Shown here: positions 14,000-25,477 of the stretch, piece after piece
Numbering within the stretch: position 1 is the stretch's first letter
How the letters are laid out: each line of letters begins with the position of its first letter
Assembly: GCA_051294375.1 (NCBI GenBank)
Contig: CM119264.1
Span: 22,534,836 to 22,592,777 of the forward strand
From: Paraspadella gotoi
Taxonomy: Eukaryota > Animalia > Chaetognatha
Length of the DNA: 57,942 bases
Reading direction: 5' to 3'
Made by a program: the position numbers and the translations under genes
The notes under the pieces: generated by a model
What the model was told of the DNA's origin: nothing
Databases searched by the model: none
Seen by the model: the letters and a program-made list of their open reading frames with translations, nothing else

Positions 14000-15956
14000 A
14001 TTCGCGCCTTACATTATCTCCCTCTCAATCTCCTTTTCCTCTCTCTCCCTTCAATCTATTTTATTTTCAATAAATTTATTAAAATCGTAAAATGATCGGA
14101 ATAAAAAAATAATTAAAAAAAAGCAATTTTCGTCAACCTTTCTCAAACCTTTACTCTATTATATTAACTTCTTTCCGCGCTCATAATCTTTTTTTTCTTT
14201 CTCATTCTAATCTTTTTTAATTCCTTTTTAATTGCTCCTTAACCATTCTCACTCCACCTTTCAAGCGGCCGAACCCCCTTTCCCTCGGACTCCCACCCAT
14301 CGTCCGTTTTAGTATTATTGACATTGAAGATTCCGAAAACCTGAAATATGAAGCCGAAGGCAATAATCCCGGCCGCCGTCGTCCTTGCAAACGGCCTGTT
14401 TCAACGCAGATATTTAATGCGCTCGATTTTAACGCCCGTCGCGGGCTGACGCCCGCCCGCCGACGCCGCCCGCCGTCCATTGACGCCGCCCGACCACTCG
14501 CCGCGCCGCTCGCCGGCCACTCACCGCTTTAAACAAAACGATGCAGGAAAATACGTAAAAAAAAGGATAAGTGTTTTTTTCTCCTTTATCACTATACCTC
14601 TCTCTCTCTCTCTCTCTTCTGTCTCTCTCTCTCATCTCTCTCTCTCTCTCGCAAAGTACATTCGCAGAAGATGTCGTTAAATTCATGGGACAAGATTGAA
14701 ATGGGATTTTAAACCCAGACGTCACAACCGGAGAGAGAGAAAGGAGAGATGAAAAGAAGAAGAAGGAGACCAGAGAGAGAGAGGAGAGAGAGAGAGGAGA
14801 GAGAGAAGAGATGAGAAGAGAGACGGAGAGAGAGAGAGAGATCATGAGAGAGAAGAGAGATTTATTAGTATTCATGAGGATTTCGAATTTTCTCAGCTCA
14901 GTCGCCCGTCGCTCCTCCGACTCGGTGGTTTCGCCGACGGCTGAGTTGGCCTTGACGGCGTCGGCGTCGATCTTGTCGGTCTTGTCGGCTTTGGCGTCTT
15001 CGGGGTCGTCGGCCAAGGTCGCCCATTTCGGGTTTATCGAAGCATCTCTCTCAATCCCGGTCTAAACATCGCAAATCCGGGAGATCGCCTTTGTGTGAAG
15101 GGTTGGCGACCCATCTTCCTCTTAAGGCGAACCTTTCTTTTGATTCCGTGACTTTTGAGGAGAGAAAAAAAGAGATACGAGTTCGGCAAAAGGCTTATTT
15201 AACGGTGTGAACTGTTCATTGCTTTCTCTTAAACAATCTGGTTTTTTTTTTTCTTGCCTATTTGTGAATCAACCCCTCGATTTCCCCCCGAGTTTAGATT
15301 TCATCAATATTTTTGGAAAGGGGAATATTTTCTTTAATATCATCGGCGCGGAAATGACTGAGCCGGGGAATCGGAGTGGGAGAAATCTGGGCGAAAAACA
15401 GGAAGCGAAACATTTGAGCGAATGTTTATCGAGTTTTTATCCTATTCGGATAATCGGGCCGGGGGGAGATGGGAGGGGGATGCATCAGAATGGACGAGAA
15501 GGTGGAGGATGTAGGACGCTGAGTCGAGCAGTTTGATCGAAAGTAGGGCGAGAACTGGCGCTGTAGAGTCTAAAAGGTGGGGAGAGGTTAATAAAAAGAT
15601 ATGCAGAGAAAAGTTAAGAGATCTGCGGATTATATATATTATATATATGAACGAAGCGATGCGGAAAATAGGAGAAAGGAATGTAGGTCAAGGTCGGAAA
15701 ATACTTCCCGACTCGGGAATCCCGAGTCCAGGGGCTTTTTTAGCTTCAGCTCAGAGAAGGAAGTTGTTTAGATGCAGAATTGCATAAGCTACAACATTCC
15801 AGATAGAAAATGTTTGTTTTTAGTTCACTTGGAGGTCATACTGTCTTATATTTGACAACAGTGGATCAGGTTTGTGTTGCAATACTAACTTGCTTTTACG
15901 ATTAGTGCTTGATCGTTAATATTGCCATAAAAAGGCAAAAATCAACATCAACAGCT

Positions 15957-15962
15957 TTTATT
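15957..15962 (-). promoter_or_regulatory. Candidate polyadenylation signal (AATAAA) for the four-TM gene
   Basis: TTTATT on the + strand about 165 nt past the stop codon; weak evidence in AT-rich DNA. Confidence 0.3.
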
Positions 15963-16126
15963 ATTAAATGCTAAATAATTGCTAAAAATTTGTTGAAGGA
16001 AAGGCGTACTCACAAAGTACCTAAAACAAAAGTAAAGTTGGAAATATTGAACGTAAAATTCTTTTCAATTAAACAAGTACAAATAATTATAAAAGAATCT
16101 AAGATTTCCTGGTTCGCGCGGACACA

Positions 16127-16597
16127 TCAATTCGTCGATTCCATCTCTACTCTCGAGTTCATCGACAAGTTAGACCTAAACTCCGGAAGCGATCGCTCGT
16201 CGACCAAATCAAACCGTCCTCTTCCTGTCTCTCCTCCGCTTCCGCCTTCTCGAAGCGAAACGGCGTAGGAGATCGTCATAGTCTCCACTCGATCGTAACC
16301 GAAGCAGCCCGGGCAGCAGCGTCGCAGCCGGCGCCGCCACTCGGTGATGCCGCCGAATCCGGGACCGACTGACCCCGGCGCCGCGAGACGTCGCGTCGCC
16401 CGCGCGCCGCTGACGCCGGCGTAAAGTTGAAAGCCCGAGGAGACGACGACGGCGACAACGACGACCCAGCAGCGAGGGTCGTCGCCTACGCTGGACGCCA
16501 CAACAGCCACAGCCGAGCAGGAGCAGGAGGAAACGCAGCAGGAGACGTTCATCCAGTAGTAGGTGACTAGGGATTGGCGAAACAGGCGGGGATCCAT
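16127..16597 (-). CDS. Exon 3 (terminal) of the putative four-TM protein gene; full product 238 aa, possibly TMEM221/Jiraiya-like
   Basis: Acceptor CCCATTTAG|ATGGAT after a 123-nt intron; phase 0; 156 codons to TGA; two more hydrophobic segments (YYWMNVSCCVSSCSCSAVAVVAS; CWVVVVAVVVSSGFQLYAGV), then a basic/Cys patch (RRRLRRCCPGC). Family assignment is from remembered similarity only. Confidence 0.75.
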   Translation of the reverse strand: MDPRLFRQSLVTYYWMNVSCCVSSCSCSAVAVVASSVGDDPRCWVVVVAVVVSSGFQLYAGVSGARATRRLAAPGSVGPGFGGITEWRRRLRRCCPGCFGYDRVETMTISYAVSLREGGSGGETGRGRFDLVDERSLPEFRSNLSMNSRVEMESTN

Positions 16598-16720
16598 CTA
16601 AATGGGGTATTTCAGTATTATTAATTTGGGCGAAATGGATTAATTCCTCGTTAAAGAATAATATCCTTAATAACGGACAAAAATTACGTAAAACGAATGA
16701 AGAATTTATTTCAGAATTAC

Positions 16721-16839
16721 CTCTCGCAATATCGGTTCCGCAGTCGAACTACAAAAAACCAAAGCGGAGATTTCGGTGACCAAACTGATGAAGATGCTGA
16801 GGACGATCGCTATTGTGAGTAGTATCTTTAGCATTGGAT
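16721..16839 (-). CDS. Exon 2 of the putative four-TM protein gene ((D)PMLKILLTIAIVLSIFISLVTEISALVFCSSTAEPILRE)
   Basis: Acceptor TTTAAAACAG| at 16841-16840, donor GAG|GTAATT at 16720; 119 nt, phase 1 in and phase 0 out; long hydrophobic segment. Confidence 0.75.
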
Positions 16840-16917
16840 CTGTTTTAAATGAATTTTCTGAATTAACGAAAACCAAACAATTAAACAAGTTAAAGAACTC
16901 ACACGATCGAATGTCCA

Positions 16918-19900
16918 AAGCGTTCAAAGATAACAAATTATAAGATATTTAATTTCATTCATTATTGTTTTAATGTACAGGGTCTGAAGAATTCGTATGA
17001 TGATAACCATTTTTTTGGTAATAGTTTCGATCTTCCTTGTCGCCAGTGGCGATTTTTTGAGGCATGATAAGGAGTGGATCATTAAAATGGCGTAAACGCA
17101 TCTGTAGAGTGACTGAGAAACTAAAAATTAGATTAAAAAGTTTTATAAAAGGTCATTATTTTTACTTATATATCATAAAATGAAAGACCCATAAAAAATG
17201 ATTTTGGTAAGTTTATTTTACACAATTCCTTAATATTTTATTAACAGCATTGATAACTAATATTTATTTAATAATTAGTAGTTAAAAATAAGCTAAAGTG
17301 AAAAAATAAAATATTTTGAAAATTTTAAAACCGGATTTGAATTCCTTGCAAAAAGTTGATATAATTAGTCCAAAGTTGGAAAATATTTAACAGACTATTT
17401 TTCGATTAATTTGGTAAAAACGTTCGCACACTTACATCAGACGAATAAAATAAATAATTTTCCCGTATAAAAATATTTAACCTTTAATGGCATCGAAACA
17501 TGAGAGATCCCGAGATCGAATGACGTCATTTCGTAATTTTTTTATGTAAAGACCGTCGAAAAGCCGGTCAAAAATGAAAAAGATACTAGCGAACCTGGCG
17601 GATATTTTTGGCGAAATTTTTTCATCTAAAAGAGCCACTTTTGCCCTGTGAAAAGTCTGGACGATGAAGTGTTAGTTTTTTTTTTAATAACATAGGTCTT
17701 ATTTAATGAAATATTTTTCTATGTTGTTTATTATAATTTCATAATTCTTTTAATAAATTTTATTAGTTTTTAGTAGCTGCAGGTTGTAATTTTTATAGTT
17801 TTTTCTGTTTTTAATAGGAAAAACAAGATAGAAATTAATCGCTATTTTTGTTTGCTTTACTGAAAATTTCCCCGTCTGAAACTTATTTTTTGAAGAAAAA
17901 ATTTAATATAAAATCCAATTCTTTATGGTATATGTAAATAATAATAAATATAATATTAGATATTATGAAAAGATAAATTATATTCTTTTTTAACAATGAC
18001 AAAGTTTATACATCAAACATGAAATGCTTTAACGGATATGATTTGATTCAATTTTATTCTCCCTTCTCTTCTTAAACTATTATTATAATTACAGATTATT
18101 AACAGCCTTTTTCCTATGTACTATAGTTTCATTTTAATAATTCAGGATGTATGAGGGTTTGACGCAATCCATAGGCAACCTTTTTTTTCAAATTATAAAA
18201 AATTATCATCGGATGTTTCTTTTTTGAGTTTTTTAGTAAATTGTATTATTTTCGTCTATTTTGTTGTCCTGATTTACAGACGAAATACATAACTTTTTAA
18301 TGGTTAACAATAGGACATAATTTTTTTACATAAAATGGCATATTTTTGGAACTCATGTCATAGCTTTGTTCATCGTTGTTAACAATTAAAATATTATCAT
18401 ATGTTTTTGAGTTTTTAAATCAAATTTATTATGGACTTTTTCAATATTCGTTGATTGAAGAATAATAAAGCCATCTATCAAATGTCTTACAGACCCAAGC
18501 TTGATTAAATTTTAATAATTAATTGACACGTTTGGACTATCTACATATACGAGCTTGATTTAAAAAACTTATAAAAACGAAAGCACTTCTTTAAAATCTT
18601 GGAAGTTAAGTTTCCTTCTCAAGTGTCCTCTGTTTGCTTTGAAATGAAAACTACTTTTATTACTAATAGTTACAAAAATATTTACTATTCCAATTTGTAG
18701 TAACGGTTTATAGACAGTATTTAATTTTTCTTAACCGATCTTTTGAAACATAATAACTTTAAATCATTGATTCTTATACTGAATGGATTCCTTTTATCAT
18801 TATCTATATGTATATACTGAGAATTTTATCGAATAGATGACTTTTAACTTTTTAGTTTTTTTAGCTATTTAATTTTTAAGACTTTTTTAAAATTCTGTTT
18901 AGTTTAAGAGAAAAATATTTTTCAAATTTATTAAGATTCGTTTAATGGTAAAAAGTCTGTTTTATTATGAGGTACATGGAGTAAGATTAGACTAATCACT
19001 AAAAATTGCCATCTGCTTTCCAAAGCTTGTGCTCTAAAAATGTAAAATTTTCCTGTTTTAAAAAGAAATCAAAAAATAATTTATTATAATTATAATACTA
19101 TTGATTTTATATATTATTAGAGAGGTTTAATTATAATTTTTGATAAATTGAATATTATTATTTTTTTATTTAATATTTTACTTTTATTGGTTATTTTTTT
19201 ATAATTAGTTTATCATGTTTTCTTTCTTCGGATTAACCTATTTATTAAAACACATATATACGGTAAATTAAACGATCGAATTATACAATTATAAAAGTTT
19301 AATTTTCATGTACATAAGGATTTTATAGCAAGCAGAAATATTAATTTTATATTTATGCAAAAACTGTTCCGAATCCTCATTTGGTAGGAAAAAGCATCGA
19401 GCTCTTGTTTAAGATGCTATTTTATCTATTTATATTGTATAAAATACTATAAACTATTTATATTTATAAAACATATATTCTAGAAAACATTAATATTTAA
19501 TATTTATTAAAATTACAAATAATAAAAACGTTTAAATACGCGAATAAAAGAGCGTCCCATCGTTATCTGACAACTACGATTTTAGTAATTTGCCATAATT
19601 TAGGAAGCCAGATAAATCGACCCGGGACTGCTCATGTTGAGAATTTCAAATCGAATCAAGGTGTTTTAAATTAAAGTATATATGTGTGTGATCACTTTGT
19701 GTAAACGTTTTTAAAAATCCGAATCTCATCTTGATACATCAATAGAAGGAAGTAAAATCCATTTTTAACAAATTCTTTTATTAAGTTGGTTAAAATAATG
19801 TTAAAAACTATTATTTTTGTTTAATTTTACCATTTTTGACTTAAAATTATAGTTTTTATAAATTTTGACTAACTTAATGGCATAATTTTTAAATAAAAAT

Positions 19901-20320
19901 TATATTTTCTTATATCAACTTTTTGCAAGGAATGCGATTCCAGGATAAAAATTTTTAAATTATTATTTTTTAGCTTTAGCCTAATTTTTATTTATAATTA
20001 TTAATAAATATAGCTAACTTACTTTTAATAAAACAAAATTAAAAAATGAATTCACCAAAATATTTTTATAGGTCTTTATTTTTATATTTCAAAAGCTCAT
20101 GTAATTTTTTTTTTAAAAATTAATAATTTGATTTATCATAACTTATAATGTTTGCCCTATTTTATTAGCATTTTATATACATTGAAAATCGTCATTTCCG
20201 ACAAGAAAGATGAAATTATACAAAAAAATGGTCATCACCATCGAATTCTTCAGACCTTATTACAGTAAAATAATTATGAATGGAATTTAATATCTTATAT
20301 TTTGTTATATTTGAACACTC
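16918..20320. mobile_element. Non-autonomous DNA transposon (~3.4 kb) with ~600-bp degenerate terminal inverted repeats; MULE/Foldback-like
   Basis: Left end (GTTCAAAGATAACAAATTATAAGATATT...GGTCTGAAGAATTCG...ATTCCTTGCAAAAAGTTGATATAA) matches the reverse complement of ~19615-20320. Flanking direct repeat AATGTCCA at 16910-16917 and 20322-20329. No ORF of 60 aa or more inside according to the ORF track. Confidence 0.8.
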
Positions 20321-20398
20321 TAATGTCCAGTAAAAACTCTTTCCGCCGTCAATGCCCAATTTAACGACAACCTGCCTCAAGCAATAGCTAACGCCTAC

Positions 20399-20525
20399 CT
20401 GTACCGAGAGTCCCCCAGGCCAGATGGACGCACAAGGCCAAAACGAAGGCCAATGTCGCGGCCAAGTGGGCGACGGCGTCGTCTTTCATCGGACGCCGAG
20501 TCGACGAGCCGTTCCATCCCGCCAT
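20399..20525 (-). CDS. Exon 1 of a putative four-transmembrane protein gene (MAGWNGSSTRRPMKDDAVAHLAATLAFVLALCVHLAWGTLGT)
   Basis: ATG at 20525-20523 directly preceded by an in-frame TAA; 127 nt (42 codons + 1); donor AG|GTAGGC at 20398; GC-rich island in AT-rich surroundings; encodes one hydrophobic segment; phase 1 matches exon 2. Confidence 0.72.
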
Positions 20526-22380
20526 TTATTTATCGAATTAAACTTTTATGTGTTTTGTTTAGTTTCCCAGTTTTTTTATTTGGTTTTTTTTTCTTTCGTT
20601 TTAAATTTTTACATTTCCTTGTAGTTTTTTCTTTTTCCTTCGTATTGAAGAGAAAATTCACAAGTGAATGTCTGAAATCTCATTGCACCAAGTTCGTTTG
20701 ATTTTGTTATTAATATGTTTAGTTTGTGACATGTCATTCATTGTTTTTTTATATTTAAATTGCCTTCAACCAGTTAGGATTTTCGGTACAAACCGGTTTC
20801 TTCGTCTGACTAAACGAAACCAGAAATAGAAATCGTAAATGGTCGAGTTGTCGTTGTTGTCGTCGTCTTCTTAGGCGTCGTCGTCGTCGTCTCGGACACC
20901 GATCGATGACTCATTACAAAAATTCCCTAATGAGTACTAACGTAAAAAATTAATTTAACCTCGTGTTAAAAGTAAGTTAGTCGCGTTTTGGCGGTTGATT
21001 TGATAATTTACAGAAAAAATTAAAACTCATTCGTTTTCTTCCTCATTATTCATTGATAAATTTCTGATTGAGCTCACTCCCCCCTGCCCCCCCCTCCATC
21101 TTCACGCCTCCACTTTCACCGTCCGTTTTCGTCCTTGAATAAAAAAAAAGGCGTTGGAAGCGAGATTGAATTGTTCCAACCAAATTATCCTTCACCTCGG
21201 CCCCGCTAATTCCTTTCTAAAAATAGCGCGTGAAAAGGTTCGTCTGACCATTAATTCCCCAACCTTTAAGTATTTAAGATTCGATTTCAGTTTTGAAGTT
21301 ACTGTATGTATGTATCTAAGTGTCTCAGTAAGTACAACATTGAAATTAAATGATAATATCCGGGACCTTTAAATCAAAGAATTCTTTTGTTTTTCCGTCT
21401 TTTTTAGTTTATATATTCTTCCCTTTATATTTCATTTGAAATTCTCTCCTCATTAGAGTTTATTTGGTTATTGTGACATTAATACCATGTTTAATACTCA
21501 TTTGAATGTCATATTGTTTTAAATCGTTTTATCTTTTTATCGTCTTAACTGTCAAATTGTCTCTTTTATTTCAGAAAAAAAAACCAACGTAGAAAGAATT
21601 TCATTTCTAAGATCTACCGTTCGAAAAATTTAGTTCTCAAAAGAATAGTCGCATTCTTTAATGATTGAAATATTTTAATAAATAACTTTAACCATGTTTT
21701 GTCTATATTGGTAGTTTTCTCGGCATCTTTAACTTTGTTTTGTCTTTAGTCTTAGCTTTTTTGATGCTCATGTATGTACTGAATCAACTTTGTTGAATTC
21801 GAAATAAAACGCATATATTTAATCATCATATCTATTTGATTAACGACATTTATTATTCAAGTATAATGCCAACATGTTTAATTGTTCATCCCTCATTTGT
21901 CACTTTTGTCAGCATTCATCTGTCATTCTGTTCTCTAATTTATCATCCATCATTGGCTATTTTCATCTCTCACGTGCTTCTTATCACTACTATCATTTCT
22001 AAATCCCTTTTCTCATTTATAATTAGCCATTCTCATCTCTCACTTTCCATTATCAACCGTCACTCGTCCTTCTCATCTCTCACTTTATCATCGCCATTCT
22101 CATCTCTCGTTCGTCCCCCTCGCCAGTCGCCATTCCGCGTTTATCCTTTCTCATTTCCGGTTGTCGCGCCCGATCCTCGCCCGACGGACGACCGCCTTGA
22201 CAATCCGCTTAATTATGACGAAGCGCGATCGCAACGCGTTCTCGTTGCATATTGCCAAGAGTTTCTGCAATTAAAGTTCTGCCATTATCATTATCGCCGT
22301 TATGATTATTTCGCGCGAGGTTCGTCAATTGGAGCGAAATACAGTGAGAGAGGTGGGAATAGGGAGAGGGAGGTTGGGAA

Positions 22381-22475
<95 letters not shown>

Positions 22476-23572
22476 GTGAGTGAGTCAGTTTGCCTGAAAA
22501 TAACCCTCGCCGGGTTATTTCAATAAAACACAATTATTTTTTGTTGTTACTATATAATACAACTTCACATTGGAAAAGTAAAATACGGCTATAGCAACGG
22601 GTAATTTAGTGGGTTAACCGTGGGCCCAGTTGAACTGTCTTTACAATTCCATGTAAAGTTTCTATATATATATATAAATCAGATTACAAAATATTTATCA
22701 TTCATAATTATTCCTCTGGATAATACAGCTGTGTATTTGGGCATCTAGAAATTGAGGGAAGTCGGAGCTAAGAGAAACGCGAGGAAGGAAGAAAGAGAAT
22801 GGAAAAAAAAGAAAGAAGCGAAGGAGGTGAAAGAGTGTGTATGATGAGCGACCCTTTCGGAAATTGTCCGGCTTGTGAGTTTCACACCGTGACGCTTTCC
22901 TCAGCTCGTGACACATTTGGGGCTCGTCCTCCAATAGAATCGCTCCGTCTTTGCGGGAACCAATCATTAAAGGCGACCCTTTCAGCTTTGACCAATGCAG
23001 GCTCGACCTTGGGTCCTCGCGACGTCATCACGTCGCGTCCTTCATCGCGAATCAACTCGACTCGCAGTGAAGCGGGAAAAATTGGAATTGCCCAATCGAG
23101 GTCCTGAAATTGGACTTTGGATGGGAAAGGGGATTTTGGACTGAAGGGAGGGGAATGGGTTGGGGATGAAAGGTTGGCGGGTGGGTTGGGGATAAAAGGG
23201 TGGGGATGATACGTACTACGGAGACGGAAAATAGAAAATAAGATTAGAAGGGGAGAGTAGAAACGGTGAGAAGATCAGTCAAGATGAGAAAATAGGAGAG
23301 AAAGGGAAAGAGAATGAAGAGAGAAGTTAAATGGAGGCGTTTAAAAGTGGAAAACATGGAGCTTATTTAAACAGACAAAAGACAGAAAGTTTTACAGTGA
23401 AGTAACCCGAATAAACCATAACGTTGGACTATTTTTTTCCTGCCTGATATATTTACGACCTGAATTTTTTTATGTCCAAAAAACGCCAGTTTGGAAGGTA
23501 ATAAACTTGCGATAGGAAAGCTATACAGAAGTCCGTACAATTCATCAAGTGAACTTTAGCACTTCTACTATT

Positions 23573-23633
23573 GGGGATCGATCTCGGTACCTAATGGTCG
23601 TAACCAGACGATATTACTTAATGGGCCATCGGG
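23573..23633 (-). mobile_element. Possible degenerate tRNA-derived SINE head
   Basis: Minus strand reads CCCGATGGCCCATTAAGTAATATCGTCTGGTTACGACCATTAGGTACCGAGATCGATCCCC: an A-box-like TGGCnnA element and a mutated B-box (GATCGA for GTTCGA) at tRNA-like spacing. Confidence 0.3.
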
Positions 23634-23748
23634 TGAGATATTTACAGTCTGCGTGAACATATCGCAATACTACAAATCTAATAGATAAATTAAATTTTGA
23701 GTCACGTCCGTCGTCGTCGATATTTTCGTCGTCATCGTCGTCTCGGGC

Positions 23749-23919
23749 GACATCTGCGGTGGCCACTATGACTATTGTCTAATGTCTATAGTCATCCTTG
23801 CCAATCATAACGTCGCCTCGTTGCATGACATTACATGACATGACATCTGCGGTGGCCACGATGACTATTGTCTAATGTCTATAGTCATCCTTGCCAATCA
23901 TAACGTCTCGTCGTTGCAT
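23749..23919 (+). repeat. Two-copy tandem duplication, 93-bp period
   Basis: GACATCTGCGGTGGCCAC.ATGACTATTGTCTAATGTCTATAGTCATCCTTGCCAATCATAACGTC starts at 23749 and again at 23842. Confidence 0.9.
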
Positions 23920-24322
23920 ATTTCATTATTTCTTTTTCTTTTTTTCTCTTTCTTTATTTTCCGGCTTTCATTTTTTAATTTCCTTTTTGATTATCCGGTT
24001 ATTGTTATTGCGGGCGGGGCGACGACCGTTCATGCTGGGCTCGCTGACTCTAGGTTTGAGTTGGCGGCGGTTGTGGCGTCAGAATCGAGTTTGGGGATGT
24101 ATTGAAATAGGATTGACTGTGCTAACGGTTACGGCGATGCGAATGTTTACTGCGACTTAAATGATGGTGACCGAAAAGTGGACGAATGTGTTCCCTTTTC
24201 TGGCATTGCGAAGTAAGCAACGTCATTCTCAAAAGCTGATGGATTTTCTCATCGACGACGTCAAAGACGGAGTTCTCAATAGTTTCAATTATGGCATCTC
24301 GCCGACGGGCGCCGTGTCTTTT

Positions 24323-24428
<106 letters not shown>

Positions 24429-25198
24429 TTCGGGAATATACTTGATGAGACCCAATATGCTGCATTATTATCACTTTTCTATACCGGAATACTCATTTTA
24501 TTATATACCTTAAATATTTTCAATACGTGTAGCAGAAATTTTTGCAATGAGCCTTTTTTTTTTGCGATCAACTTTTACAATTTATTAAATAAATTCTCTT
24601 TATTTTCTTCTCCACTTCTAATTTTCATTTTCTTTAATTAGCTTCGCACTTTCTTTGGCCAAACAAACAAAAATTTCATCCTCTCTTTTTTTTTTCTACT
24701 CAAATAGAAATAATCCTCGACCCGCTCCGATTTAATCTCCTAAAATTGAAGGAAATTCTTTTTTTTTCTCTCTTTGAAACAAACAACGGAGTAACTTTAA
24801 ACAAAAGGCGTTTAATTAAAAACCGAGAGAGGGACGTAGGTGTCTCCGGCGAACGTCGTCGCCTCGATTTCGATTTTTCCAACGAAAACCGAAGAACGTC
24901 GACGACGAACGAAATTGATTAGCGAAAAAAAGCTAAGCGCCGCTCACGCCGTGATCGAGTTAAATTAGATTCCCTTCGCCCGACGCTGCCGCCGCCGCCG
25001 CCGCCGACGCCGCCACCGAAGCCGACTTGGTTTTTATCTTTAGATGGATCAACAAGAGAAAATGGCCTTCAGAAAAAGAAAAAGTAATTAACTAATGATT
25101 GATGATAGTAATCGGATTTTGTTTGTTATAAGAACGGGGAAAAGAGAAAGGAGGGGGACGAGAATCATCCATGCCTCGCTCTCTCTCTCACTCTGATA

Positions 25199-25319
<121 letters not shown>

Positions 25320-25477
25320 TTTATTCTCTCTTTAATTAAAACGGGGGAAGGGAGCGTCAGAGGAAATTCCCCTTTCGTTCCACGCCATTGTATGTACAAA
25401 AATGCGCAACTTTATTACGATTTTGTTGTTTTGTTTTTATTTGTATTAATTGTAAAGTATTTTTTTTACCCCTAATA

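Larger units (their letters stand above)
4920..14600. repeat. Inverted duplication: ~4920-5867 versus ~13330-14600
   Basis: 4950-5365 is the reverse complement of ~14140-14580, and 5380-5867 of ~13330-13855. Outer edges are (GA)n and (CT)n tracts. Confidence 0.9.
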
